Positions 40,376-53,200 of a DNA stretch of 64,000 bases are shown here, piece after piece. Source of the DNA: Glaucostegus cemiculus (taxonomy: Eukaryota); NCBI GenBank assembly GCA_976551045.1, contig CDPCPM010000026.1, positions 8,928,001 through 8,992,000 on the forward strand. The letters are read 5' to 3'. Every line of letters starts with the position of its first letter. Position 1 is the stretch's first letter. Both the position numbers and the translations under genes were made by a program. Below the pieces are notes generated by a model. It was given only the letters and a program-made list of their open reading frames with translations, had not been told where the DNA came from and did not search any database.

Positions 40376-41859
40376 CTGGAAATTGCAATGTTTCCCACAC
40401 ATGAGTAATATTGGTAATGGTCAAGTCTTTCAATATCTCCTCTTGTTGCAAAGAAAAAGGTAGAGCTCCACTAATATTTTAAATAGTAGTGAAAACTCTG
40501 CGTCATAAGTGTAAGGCTGAAAAACATTTCATTACTGCTGTTAATTCTAGGCAAGCCTGCAGTCTCCTGGCTTCCTGGCTATTACTTGTTCTCCAAGAGA
40601 GAAAACAAAAAAAAAAGCACTGCAGGTTGTGAAAGAATAAAAGACTAAAGCACAGGTGAATGGAAACAGTGGAAGGAGAAAGGGAAGTGAAAAATAATAA
40701 GAGGCAGTTGCACATAACCAATTTTAGTAATGTTTGCTTATTTGTTTGGATTGTAGAGAATGTCTCAGTTAAACTTCTCATCAATGGAATGTTATTTCTG
40801 AAAATAAAGGATAAACCAATAAGGATGGCAGATCATCTTTAAAAAAAAGAAAAGAGAGAATGTAAATTAATAATCGGACAATACAAATGTTGATGTTACA
40901 ACACTGAAAAACTCAGAAAGAATATTAAACTGAGGGAAGTAAGGAACCCCAGAGAGTTAAGGTTCTGGGAGCAGTTTGAGGTCCTGACAAATCGAGAATT
41001 TGACCAAGCTTGACATCTGTTATTATCCGAGCATTTTTCCCTCTCCACTGGAATGTGTGGTCACAGCTGGAGACAACAACTAGGTAATTATCAGGTTGCC
41101 CTCAAAAATGTAGCTCCTCTGGAGTGGATGGAGGGAAAATGGTTTCTTATCCTGCGTCCCCAGAGATTGGGACAATTGGGAAAGAAGGTGGGTGAACCAG
41201 TACAGTAGTTAAGCCTCGGAGGGAAAAAAAGTTAAAGAAAATTAAGCATCTGCAGCTCTGCCCCACTTAAATTCTGTTTTCAGGATCACAAGAGTCACAT
41301 CTGGACAAGCATAAGTTACTTATTACCCATGATGAACGATCAATTTAACTCGGGAAGAACTGAGGAGGCAGGGGCCAAGACGAGGGGCAAACCATCCTGT
41401 CTGTGATGACTTTAAATCTTGGCCTGATTCACATACTCTGTAAGCCAGAGGATAGTGCTGATTGAAAGACACTGTCTGAGGTGAAACCATTGGCTCTCTG
41501 GCCTTCTGGGGAAGGTGAGAAAGTTGTGGGGACGGGTTTCAGCAGAGCTTTACAGTCGGGGTGTGAGGGAGAGCTCTGGAGTGAGCAATCCATCTCCTGG
41601 GTGCTCAAGGTTAGAAGAAGCTGCTTCTTCAGTTCTCTTCCAGCCTTGTTGTCCCTTCCCAAAGGGGTCGCCCTGCCAACATATTCATAGCCACATTGAT
41701 TTATATTAACAGCCTGGTTCCAATCTGTACCTCATCTGCAGAGTTAAACTAAGCCACTAGTCATTTCTGAAATGTTCCCTTACTTTGTTTTCAGAGGAAC
41801 AGGTTGAAATCAATAATGGTAGGATGCTTTAGTGGATGGATACAGTTCCTCTTTAGTTA

Positions 41860-42030
41860 TTCTTTCAAAGCCCTCCATAGTTTTGAATCCCTCCATTAAA
41901 TCTCACTCTTACCTTCTCTCCTCTGAGATGCGCATTCATAACTTTGCTAATCTTTCTGTTGTCCCATATGTGATTCTCATCACTCTCCTCCTCACTGTAC
42001 AGTGAGATACACAATATGGCGCTATCATGC
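41860..42030 (-). mobile_element. Old CR1 fragment
   Basis: 'ccctccatagttttgaatccctccattaaatctcactcttaccttctctcctctgag' is the complement of the LRGDLIEVFKIM region. Confidence 0.55.
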
Positions 42031-42033
42031 CAT

Positions 42034-42298
42034 GGGGCGGCACAATAGCGTAGCGGTTAGCGCGACGCTGTTACAACACCAGCGAGTGGGGTTCGATTCC
42101 CGTTGCTGACTGTAAGGAGTTTGTACATTCTCCCGTGTCTGCATGGGTTTCCTCCGGGCGCTCCGGTTTCCTCCCACATTCTGAAAGACGTACGGGTAGG
42201 TTAATTTGGGGGTTTAAAATGGGCGGCGTGGACTCGTTGAGCCGAAAGGGCCTGTTACCATGTTGCAAATAAATAGATAGATAGATAGATAGATAGAT
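42034..42298 (+). mobile_element. Young, CpG-rich V-SINE with CR1-type tail and (TAGA)n
   Basis: A-box 'tagcgtagcgg', B-box 'ggttcgattcc', V-domain, tail 'gccgaaagggcctgtt'. Confidence 0.92.
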
Positions 42299-43473
42299 GC
42301 AGGCATAATTTCTTCCTGCAGTGTATTGACATAAAGAGGTGGATCTTCTGCAAAAAAAACCAATAGTTCAAACTGGAAATGCCATCTTTTACCAACTTAA
42401 CAAGGAAGAAACTCCTCTGAGCTCGAAGCCTCACCTTCCACTGTGCTGAGCACCAATCCTGAGACATCAACAGTCAGCTCATGGTCTTCTACTGAAGTCC
42501 AGTGGGAGTCCTGCAAGGTCCCAGCACATTGGTTGAGTAATCTGTCTGCTGAATGCACTTATGAGACTGAATTTTCACTACTATTTTGATATTAATGGAA
42601 CTCTATCTTCCTCTTTTCAACAAGAGAAGATAAGGGAAGACTTGACCATGTCCAATACTACCCTGTATGGGAAACATTGCGATTTCCAGACCAGAAACAT
42701 GCATTTACATAGGTACGGAATCTGCCTGCTGCCTGTTGAATGCTGAGTTAACTTGGTGTTAATTCAGCTGCCCATTGATTTCAGTGGCAAGAGACTGCAT
42801 GATGGAAACTCCAAGATTATTTTCATTTTATTTGATTTAATTGAGTGGTTGTAAATACATATACTTAATCGCACTCCAGTGATTTTTAGTGCCTGATGTG
42901 GAATTAGTGGAACAAAATACTGATTCTGTGCAACCTGATTCTATGACTCTATAACTTCATTGAAAAATATTGTATAAAAATATTGTAGTAATTGTAATAT
43001 TTTTAATGGTTATCAATTGTTTTTGAATGTGTGGATGTCAACTACATTCAAAATCATTTGATATCAATGGCAGCTTTGACAACTGGTGGGGCTGAGGACA
43101 AGGTCTCACCAGCTGCCAGGATACCTCTGAAGACAGGGGCTGCCACCTTTGTTCAGAAGGGCCCTGCACAATGCTGGGCCTCAACAATCAGCTGGGAGCT
43201 AGATTTCCAGCTGATTGTGGAAGAGTAGGTATCGAAGGCAGGTGACCGGCATTGTTGTCTGTGGTCAACCCAGTCAGCAGTGATTAATGGAAGTTTAACA
43301 CAAATTCCTTCCTCTTGTGCTCCCATGCCTTTCAGTTATAAAACCAAGCGTTCCATATATTTTTCAACAGCCATTAATTAGAGTATTTTCTTATTTCTTT
43401 GGAATGAATTTTTGTCCAGTTAATTGTTTTGAAACCTTGATGAAATCTGTGCCTTTTTTTCTGTTTGATTCAC

Positions 43474-43754
43474 AAGATATATGATAAGATGAGATTTATT
43501 AGTCACATGTACATTGAAACACACAGTGAAATGCATCTTTTGCGCATAGTGTTCTGGGGGCAGCCCACAAGTGTCGCCACACTTCTGGTGTCAACATAGC
43601 ATGCCCACGACTCCTAATTTGTATGTCTTTGGAATGTGGGAAGAAACCCATGCAGACACAGAGAAAATGTACAAACTCCTTACGAGCAGCTGCCAGAATT
43701 GAACCTGGTCGCTGTAATAGCATTGTGCTAACCGCTACACTACCGTGCCTGCCC
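43474..43754 (-). mobile_element. V-SINE with the same head as 42034 but a Rex1-type tail
   Basis: Head complement 'tgctaaccgctacactaccgtgcc'; tail 'gcatttcactgtgtgtttcaatgtacatgtgactaataaatctcatcttatc'. Confidence 0.88.
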
Positions 43755-43917
43755 ATTGCAGTGTTGCCAAATATTGTTTCTGCATATGAAGAATAAATCT
43801 ATGACAGCTTGAAATATCGGATGACTGGTTCAGTTTCAGAGTCTGCTCCAGCTGATGTAGGGGTTTGTGCCAGTTAAAGTGCTGTTTGAGAGCGCTACTA
43901 CCTGCATTGCCGCTAGT

Positions 43918-44140
43918 ATGGAATTGGAATTGGTTTATTATTGTCACTTGTACCTAGGTACAGTGAAAAACTTGTCTTGCATACTCAGATCAATTCATTA
44001 CCCAGTGCATTAAGGTAATACAAGGTAAAAGCAATACAGAATGCAAAATAAAGTGTCACAGCTACAGAGAAAGTACGGTACAGGTAGACAACAAGGTGCA
44101 AGACCATAACGGAACAGATTGTGAGGTCAAGAATCCATAT
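43918..44140 (-). mobile_element. Rex1/Babar 3' UTR (same family as 38545)
   Basis: Closely matches 38545-38780, with a (AATTGG)n tail complement. Confidence 0.8.
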
Positions 44141-44574
44141 TTGTAACTAATGAGAAAGGCACAGTCTAACATTAGATTACGTACTGAAAGCTTAAGGTCT
44201 CATTCACATCACACTTCTCAGCTGTGCAGAGCCAAAATAAAAATAGACAGAATCGTACACGAGACACTGCTCATTGAAGTTGGGTAAATGCAAAGCCTCC
44301 TATCAGATGAATTCTAATTCCTAAATTTTCAGTACATGAGGAATATTGGAGCTTCAGGTGAGAACATTTGCCTTCAATAATCCACTGACCTAAAGGGACA
44401 GAGTAAGGTAACAGAAGGCAGAGTGCAGATGTCAGTGTACCCAGGGGAAGGGGAGAGGAGTGTGGTCGAAAAGAGATGGGGAAAGAAATTGATAAGATTG
44501 GATAATTAAGTCATTCTTTATTCTGAATATTAGAATTAAAACCAATCCCTCTTTACCTTGTATACATATATCAA

Positions 44575-44700
44575 TAGGAATCTGGAAATCAAAACACTGC
44601 ACGTGCTGGAAAGGATCCCAGACCTGAAACATTAACCGTCTCTCTTCCCACAGATGCTGCCCGACCTGTTGAACGTTTCCAGCATTTTCACTGCTTACAA
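44575..44700 (+). mobile_element. Penelope-derived remnant
   Basis: 'gacctgaaacattaac...cacagatgctgcccgacctgttgaacgtttccagcatttt'. Confidence 0.7.
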
Positions 44701-45612
44701 CTAAAGGAGTCTGTCTACCTCTCCATGACAAAGGGTGCAATGAGTAAATGTGATGCCACTCATGACTGAAACCTGTTAACTCACCAAAGTCCAGGGAATG
44801 AGTCTGATTGAATTGGTAGGTTGAGGGGTCAGAGGTGTCATTGATAAAGAGGCCAGGAAACTCTGAACATGAGGCTTGAGCCAGAGTTCATAAGGGTTTA
44901 AGTGGAGGATTGGCTCCCAGGGATTGTAATAGTGGTAGTTGGGGGTGTCAGAAGTTGGATGGAGGTGGTAGATGGTTACTAATTGGAGGTGGGGGGGGAA
45001 GAACAAGTTTGTCATGTGAGCAGGGTGGAGGTATTCAGATGGTGAGGGACTGTTGTGGTAGGTTGGTGGTAAAAGGGATCAGGTGATATTTTCTATTGCT
45101 CTGAAGGGGTTTGAATGGGAGAGACAGAGGGGGGAGGACTGAGGAAGAGCAGAATTTATGTATTACTCAGAATGGGCTTTTCTGAGGTGGATTTCCAACC
45201 TTGATTCCACTGGCAAGGCCTCATGTTCACCATGCTTGTTCATGAGGAGCACCCAAACATCACCAGCCTTACTTGTATGGATGAAAATGCTGGAAGTGGT
45301 AATTAAGCCTGCATTGAACATTGTTAGACATCACTGCACAGATCCAGCTCCTCTGTGCCTTTAGTGCACCAAACACATGGAGGAAGCAGAAGGAGAAGTA
45401 CAGACTTTTGTAACTTGCAGCAATTCCTTGATTTCCCATTCTATTTTAGTTTTCATTGAAACTGGATCATTTAGCACAGTAAAACATAGAGCTATGCCAT
45501 CTGATTTGGAGGTAAATGTGTCAATTGGTGACACATTACCAATATTGCTTCAATTCCACTGCATTTAATAATATCAAATTCTTAGATTCTCTTTGCAAAC
45601 TAATAATGTAAA

Positions 45613-45722
45613 CAAAAGATTCTGGAGCGATGCACGCAAAATGATGGAGGAAATCAGCAGGTCAGACAGCATCTATGGAGGGAAATAAACAGTTGATGTT
45701 TCGAGTTGAGACCTTTCATCAG
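45613..45722 (-). mobile_element. Short Penelope-derived insert with 11-bp TSD and minimal hammerhead core
   Basis: aataatgtaaa at 45602-45612 and 45723-45733; - strand reads CTGATGA-aaggtctcaactc-GAAAC-ATC. Confidence 0.85.
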
Positions 45723-48700
45723 AATAATGTAAAGGAGTGTTACCGCTCAATTTTCTATTTACCCTGTATGTGTTAGTTCTTAATGGGAACAATAAAATTT
45801 ATACGTATGCATGAGCTTGAAATTATTACCTTTCTCTTCTAGAATTTGAGTTATTTACATTTTGACAAATGTACACCATATAATAAATATTGATCTTTCA
45901 AGTTGAAACCAAAGGTCTGAATAAAGAAGCAGAGTTATCTAGTTTATGAGCTTTGCTTTTGTTTGAAGTCAGTGTCACTGTGAAGCACTGAAATTTGTTG
46001 ATGTCCCTTGCACTGGAAGTTACTTCTGTGCTAATTTTATTCTGGTAGTCACAGAATGATGGAATCTTGTAACCCTGTGATGACTTCCACGATTAGGTGA
46101 AAGAGAGCTTGGGAGTTTTAGAGAGGTTCTGCTGTAAAGAAGGCAGAAAACAATAGCTAGCTGTCTCAGGTCACTGATATAAACCTTTGATCAGACAAAT
46201 GAATCTTGCAGGCATTTCTTATAGAGAGGAGATTGCTTATCGATCTATATCAAAATATTCATGCTAATCCTGGGCAGTGGAGAGTATTTTCAAGCAGAGT
46301 TAATAATCTGATTGCTGTCCTGTCTAGTGCAATTCACTGAACTCGGAGCTCTAATCAGTCTGGGGTCTTGCAGTCAAATGTATTTTGCTGTTTAAATTTG
46401 GACTGGCGACAGTGATTGAAGATGCCTTGTAAAGGTGTTGACAAATCAAATTGTTTGTTCCAGCAGTGTTTTGCTAGAGATCAAGTCTAAAGTAATATGC
46501 AGTGAATTTGTTCATTACAAGTGGGGTAAAAGGAGTGATAAAATTCACCTGAATCATTATTGAAGACATGGTACTGATCAAAGATATGTTGTGCCCTTAG
46601 AAAATGGCATTTGCTGTTTAGGCCTTTTTGACTACTTTAATTTATGTATGTAAGTTTGTGTGTATGTGTACTCTATAAGGCAATTGTTTCTCAAATAAAA
46701 TGAAAAAAAAAGATTTATATATGCCAGATAAAATATTATTTTTTTTATTAGAACTGGGGCCATGTTTCTCAAATATCTGTACGTCTTAGACAAATGTACT
46801 AACGAGTAATACCAAGATACAAAATTACATAAATACATGAAGCATTATATTATCAAACTTTACCACAGTAATGTAATTTAATTGGCCTGAATCATTTGGA
46901 CATAAAGTTTACATCAATCAGGTCTACGTAAAATGCTTATGAGCTGGAAATTCTATGGTATAAAGCAGTCACTAAAAGAGGACATCACATTCCTCTCTGT
47001 GTGCTGCGTGTACATGGGCAGAGGTTGCTGGACAGGCAGAAGTGATAATAATTTATCTGCTGTACACATTTGATGTCACTGCTGCAACATTTTAGAAGAT
47101 CTTAAAAACAATCAGGCCCTATTTGGAGGATCAAGGTCTTCTTCAACAACATGTTAAGGGCCAATCCTAACCTGAACAGCTGTCAGAGAGTCCATCACTG
47201 AAAAGGGCATTGGGATTCTGATGAATCTGATGGTATGGATAAGGCCTCTTTTTTCCCTTTTCTCAGATGGTGCCAAGCACTCTGATCCCTGTATGGCTGA
47301 CTCCGATGGTTCAGTGACCCACCAACTCTTGGAGATGTTTAGTGCCCATTTCTATCATCAAATCTGTTCCAAATCAGACATACAACTTAAATTGGCAGTT
47401 CCCTTGCAAACCACTATTTTAGGAGGTCTTACCATGGCTGGGTATCACACTTTTAAATTTGCACTTTGGAAGTTAAATGTGGTCTTGTGTGTCATCAGCA
47501 AAGGCCCCAGATATGTGATACAGTTAATGGTCATGTGCACAGGGAGATCTTTCCCACACAGTTCCTCTCAAAACTGGCATTGTTTCTCTGTGTAGTGCCC
47601 TTTTAGTGATGGTTTCAAGTGTAAAAGAATTTCCAGGCCTACATTTCATTATGCTTTTCAGTGGTATAGTAAAATATTATTTATGAAGCTAATCCAATGG
47701 CACCAGTTGTAAAAAAAACTGTTTTCATAGTGGAGTGGTATAGAGACCAGAGTATATTCTATTTTGCAAATACAATAATCCTATTTGTTCAAAAATCCTG
47801 GACATTCTTGGAATCAGTCGGCTGAATCCAGCATGCCAAATAATTGTCAAAATGTAGCCAGAGGGTTTGAACACTTGGCTGTGGATATAGCGATTACTCA
47901 TTGCCCACAACTGCTAACTCCACAAGAAAGAAATCTCAGCTCACTGTTCTTCACAATAAATGACAATCTAATTTATCCAGCCATAGAGTTCAAAAAGACA
48001 TGATTGCTTTCTTATCAATTATAATGGAACAGAAAATAAACTGAGTATAATTTCAAATCTGTGGGTGCTGTGCAAGCTTTTCAGAAATCATCTTAATTCA
48101 ACACAATTAGGTAATTATTCTACTTGTCCTTTTTGAGTTTAGGGCAATACCACTGGACTATATAGAAACTAAATAGACTCGAGAGCAAAATGCTGCCTTC
48201 CAAGCCAACCTGACCACTGGTCTGCTTGGGACGAACAAGTACAGTCTGGAGTGGAATGGCTCCTAAATCTAACTATCCAAGGTGACAATTCTTTCAAGAA
48301 TGAAACCCCTCAGTATGGATGACTTGATCTCATCTTTTCCTGTGATTTCTGGTGGATATTCATAGCCATTAACTTTATGGGCCACTGGATCCATCCATTT
48401 ATCCAAAAGACTCAACTGTTCATCTCCCACAAAAGTTCTCTTTTGCATTTGTGACCAAAGATTTTTGTTCTGTCTCAATGAAAAAGAATAGGAGTATTCC
48501 AACTACATACTCCAGCCTATGACTGGTCAGCTTACTGCAGTACTGATGCATATATTTAAAGATGCTTTATCAAATAAGTGGTCTTAAATGTACTGTCTTT
48601 ATTTCCCTCTTCAGACATGCAATAGATACTATTCAATGTTCTCATTTCCACCTCTTCATTATCAGAATCTGCCATATGTACAATACCTGTTCCATAACAT

Positions 48701-49217
48701 TGTCCCCTTGCATCAAAGCCATAGAGGGACTGCCATCTTTACCAGGCATTACTTTCTACAGGGATGTTGACTCCTGTGCAAATGCCCTACCCTTTGACAA
48801 TTGTAGCAACTGATAATTTTGAATAGGCTTGCTCCCATATCTTCATGCCTTTTGCAACCTGCCTTCCTTCATTACTCATGTAACTAACTGCCACAGTTGT
48901 TGCAGCTACCTTCAATGCTTTACTTGAGGAGCCCTGTTCTCTATTTCCTTCACACAAGATCGATATCTCACAAACCCTTGAAGCAGTAGCAATGAGGATT
49001 TGATATCCAATGTAGTGTCTGAAGACTTTTTTGTGTTGCTGTCTGAATAAGCAGATAAACAGAGGTAAAGATTGACCAATAGAACATCCTTTATTGAAGG
49101 TGGTAACAACAATGAAGGTGGAGCTGAGTAAAATAGAGGGTTATGGGTAAGCCTATATGTATGTTTCCCATGTAAACTGGAGATAACAGGACTATTGGAG
49201 AGATTAACCTTGGTTTT

Positions 49218-49572
49218 CATAGTACAGGAACAGGCCCTTCGGCCCACTGTGTCTGTGCCGACCGACCATGATGCCAACCTTACTAATCCCTGCATGTGGT
49301 CTGTATCCCTCTATTCCCAGTCTGTTCATGTGAATGTCTAAGTGTTTCTTGAATATTTCTGTTGTATCTGCTTCTACCACCTCACTTGTCATCAAGTTCC
49401 AGTCACCTATCAATCTGTGTGTAAAAAAAAACTTGCCTCACACATCTTGCCTTCCCCCCTCACCTTAAAGCTATGCCCTCTAGTATTTGACATTTCCACC
49501 CTGAGAAAAAGGCTGACAATCTACCCTATCTGTGCCTCTCATAATTTTATATATTTCTATCACGTTGCCCTT
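49218..49572 (-). mobile_element. CR1 3' fragment
   Basis: 'WNLMTSEVVEADTTEIFKKHLDIHMNRLGIEGY'; tail complement 'acaggcccttcggccc'. Confidence 0.9.
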
Positions 49573-49574
49573 CT

Positions 49575-49752
49575 TTTATCATTGTACCATAGATAACATC
49601 GTATCTGGATGCCTCACCATTTAGTATGGTAACTGCTCTGCTCGAGACCCCAAGAAATTGCAGAAACTTGCAAACGCAGGCCAGTCCATCATGCAAGCCA
49701 ACTTCCCCTCCTCTGTCTACACTTCTCACTGCCTCAGGAAAACAGCTAACAG
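49575..49752 (+). mobile_element. Rex1/Babar internal fragment
   Basis: 'CTIDNIVSGCLTI*YGNCSARDPKKLQK...AGQSIMQANFPS...YTSHCLRKTAN'. Confidence 0.8.
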
Positions 49753-50157
49753 TGCCCCTCACACCCCGGTCATTAGTGCAATTGGTCACCCAGCCACAAT
49801 TTTCTTTTCATTCAATGAGCCCAAGGTTTCTAAAATGAATCACAGGATAGCAATCAAGAGTAGAAGCCTAGACTTTCATTTCTAGTGTTGTGGAGGTTGA
49901 TTTTATATTCCTGGCACACACCTGAGTAAGAACAGTGTGGCAGCTCGGGGGAAAATCTGGAAATTTCTTGACTCCTTGGTTCATCGTGCACTTGACAGTG
50001 ATGTCCCCACAAAGGAGAAGATCTTTACTTCCATTTCATGTCTGGTTTTTTTTTATCATATTTAAAATTACAATCTCATCATTGATATTTCATCTTAAAG
50101 AAGTTTAAACTTCAATCAAAATTAAACATAGGGAGTAAAGACTTGCACTGAAAAATG

Positions 50158-50295
50158 AGGATTTGTACTTACATAATCTTTCACAGCTTCTGGATATTTC
50201 AAAGTGTTTTGCACCCAGAAAAGTACTATTAAAAACAGCTACTGTTGTAATGTGGTAAATGTCACAGGCGATTTAAGCACATCAAGTCCTTCATG
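50158..50295 (-). mobile_element. DeuSINE 3' tail fragment
   Basis: 'ttgtacttacataatctttcaca...caaagtgttttgca...actgttgtaatgtggtaaatg...atttaagcaca'. Confidence 0.6.
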
Positions 50296-53200
50296 TTTAG
50301 ATCTCAGGAGTTGGATTTGAAGCTGATTCTATGGCCAAGATTGCTACCAACTGAGGAGAAACTGATATTGGTTTGAAGGAGATGGATGGATCAGGCCAGC
50401 CAGTTTTAATTCCTTTTCAAATGTACAATTATACAGACTTGTCCTTACATTTTGTTTAAAGGCAACATGTTCAGTAAAAGTATGTTCCACAGTCAAATGA
50501 CAAAACACACAGTAGTTTGGAATCAGAGTTTGCAAAGAGTTTCTATGTCAAGGAATTACAAGATGCAAACCAGGGATGATGCTGCCACCACTGGAAAGAG
50601 GGAGTAATTGCAGCATCATGTTTACATATAAACTTTCCTTTAAAAAATACAGAGGAATTTTAAATGGAATGGTTGATGCATAAGGGTGACAAAAATCTGA
50701 CAATAATACACCTCTGAAATATTTATTGTTCCCTAATATCTAATTAAGATTCAAAATGAAGTTACAGTAATTCTAACACTTGCCTTAAATTATTGCCTGA
50801 AAAAGTTTATTATAGACAGTACTTCCCTCAGAAAGCTGAATTTTTTTTTTATTTTGTTTATTTTCAGTGCATTATAATAAAGAGAACTTAGTCTTGTCAC
50901 AGTTGGATTTACCTTCAGTCATTTGTGAGGTTGACTTTATTCCTAATTTTCACCAATACGTTGATAGCCTTCAGCCCCACCGCAATTCCTCTGACTACTC
51001 TCTCCACCAGAAATAACATAACTCCTACCAAGCAGAGTAAACTCTGAGCTGGCAGCAAAACTGTACTTACTTTTTACACTAATAGTTGCTGTGGTTCCCA
51101 ATACTAATACCAGCTCCATATTTGTCATTTCCCTTCTTGTGGTTGCACGGATTACTGGTGTTTGCGTAACAGAACATTTTGTGCCTTTGCATATGTACAT
51201 ACCACCTTTAAGGGAAATGTCCTTCTAAACTTGAAATTGCCTGGATCAAGTTCTGCAGTTCATAAATAAATTTTGAATGGCTCAGCTCATGCCTCTTCAG
51301 CTTCCGTAGTCAGTTGGAATTTTATTTTTAGCAACGATTCCCTGTGTAAATAGAAATTATCTAAATTACAGCTACACTGTATTTGAGTACACTTTATTGT
51401 TAAACACATTTTGTTTATTGATGAAAAGCATTTTTCTGTTTAACATGCATTACCATATAATTCTCATGATGAAATAATTTCATGAGAAGAAATATTAAAA
51501 TAGATTATTCCCCTTATGTAAATTTTGTTGATAAGAAAATTTGAATAACTGTTATTTCTCTGGAGCTGAGCATTGATTTCTGTCTAGAAGTAGCTGCCCA
51601 TTTTATCAAACACGTAGCTCTGAAATTACATGCAAACATTGATAGCTACTGATGACATAAACTTGCACAACTTCACAACAGTGGCATAATAATGCATCTA
51701 TGCTACATGTCTTCATTCCCTTGTTTTAAAAATGCAACAACTTCAAGCAATGAATATTACCTGTTACCTGGATTGAAGGTGTTGTCAGTACAGCAGGTGA
51801 TTCATCTTATTGAGAGGCTCATAAGACATACTTTATAAAAGGAAATAAACCAATGGTGAAATTAATTGCTTGCTGCCTGTGGAGAGATATCAGCTTTGGC
51901 TTGGAAACAAAACAGTAAAGCAACAGCTGTAGTTCTACATATGCAATGGCTGTTGGCTCCAGAATCTCATTTGAGAAGAAAACATATATTTATTACTTAC
52001 TTGATCAGCTAGTGTACAAATTGCAATGCAGATGTGTTTCATCGATTATTATCTTAAGTGGCAATATCTGCAAACTGAACTTAAACAATATGAGGTTGCC
52101 GAAATGAAGATAAACAAAATATTTTTCTGCTGGAATTTGCCAGCTCAAAGGCTTGCTGTTTTACACATGAATCATCAATTAACCCCTGAATTACCTCTGT
52201 CTTTGAACCCTGCTCTTGACAGTCCAAACATGTGGTGGCTGGAGCCCTGGCTCAAACTTCAGAATTAACATCCAGTGGGCTGTGGGAACTTATGTTTAAC
52301 ATGTGATTTTTTGGAACTAGTCCATAAAATAAACTATCAGCATTTGAAGCTGAAGAACACTCCCATGTCCTACAGGTCAAGGACCAATCTCTTAAATGAG
52401 CTGGTAAGCGGAGAGATTACTCCGCCCAATCATCAGATAACGGTGATGTCCCTCAGCTCCATGTAGGCTGGAATGTGACACCAGAATTTTGTGCTATTTG
52501 TGCATTTTACTTTGCTTTATGCAGAAGTTGAATAGTTGAATAGTTTTGTACATCATCAATCAAGAGTGGACGTCACATGTAAGAGGTCCAAAGTCCATTT
52601 GCATGGTGTGACATTCCAGCAATCCACTACCCTACACTGCAGGATCCAGAGATGCTGCAATACAGGTGTTCTGCTGTTGTCCAGAAACACAGACTATAAA
52701 TGCTATGGATGTTCTTCTTGCAAAAGGACATCAATATCGTAAGTTATATTTTTGCATCATCTTCAGAAACTTCAGCAGCCCCAGCATTTGTTGCAGTCTC
52801 ATGTGTAGGTATCTGCCTGGTTTTCTGTCTTATTTTGCCCTATTTCTGGAAACGAAAGGGATGTACTCAAGATTATTTTCTTGGAGCATACATTGAATTA
52901 AAATATATAGTGCAACTGTCTAACATAAGATGTCATTGTGCTGGACTAGATACATTCCCAAAGTGTATGTAACTGTGGAGTCTGGAGGTATTACAAAGAG
53001 AATAATATTCATATTTTGAAGTGATCTGAAAATTCTGTCACTTTCTAGATTATGCACTTTAAGGGTTATGAATTCTGGATATACTACCAGTAAAATTATT
53101 TTGTTTGGCTAAGGCAACATTTTTTATAACCTGTGCAGATATATAAAGTAGTTTTGACCTTTCTGTTGTGTTCCAATTTGCCACCTTTGGAATGATTAAA

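Noticed and set aside
42034-42110. tRNA gene
   Set aside because: The A and B boxes belong to a SINE head that continues into the V-domain; no complete cloverleaf
44760-45420. G-rich segment, possible non-autonomous DNA transposon (similar-looking stretches near 18750-19410, 52290-52490, 54170-54900, 57910-58340)
   Set aside because: Could not establish paired TIRs or TSDs by eye
47221-47595. 124-aa ORF with an internal strong splice acceptor
   Set aside because: No recognisable domain; length within chance expectation for 64 kb
51461-51488. AT-rich 9-bp inverted repeat
   Set aside because: Short and low-complexity; expected by chance
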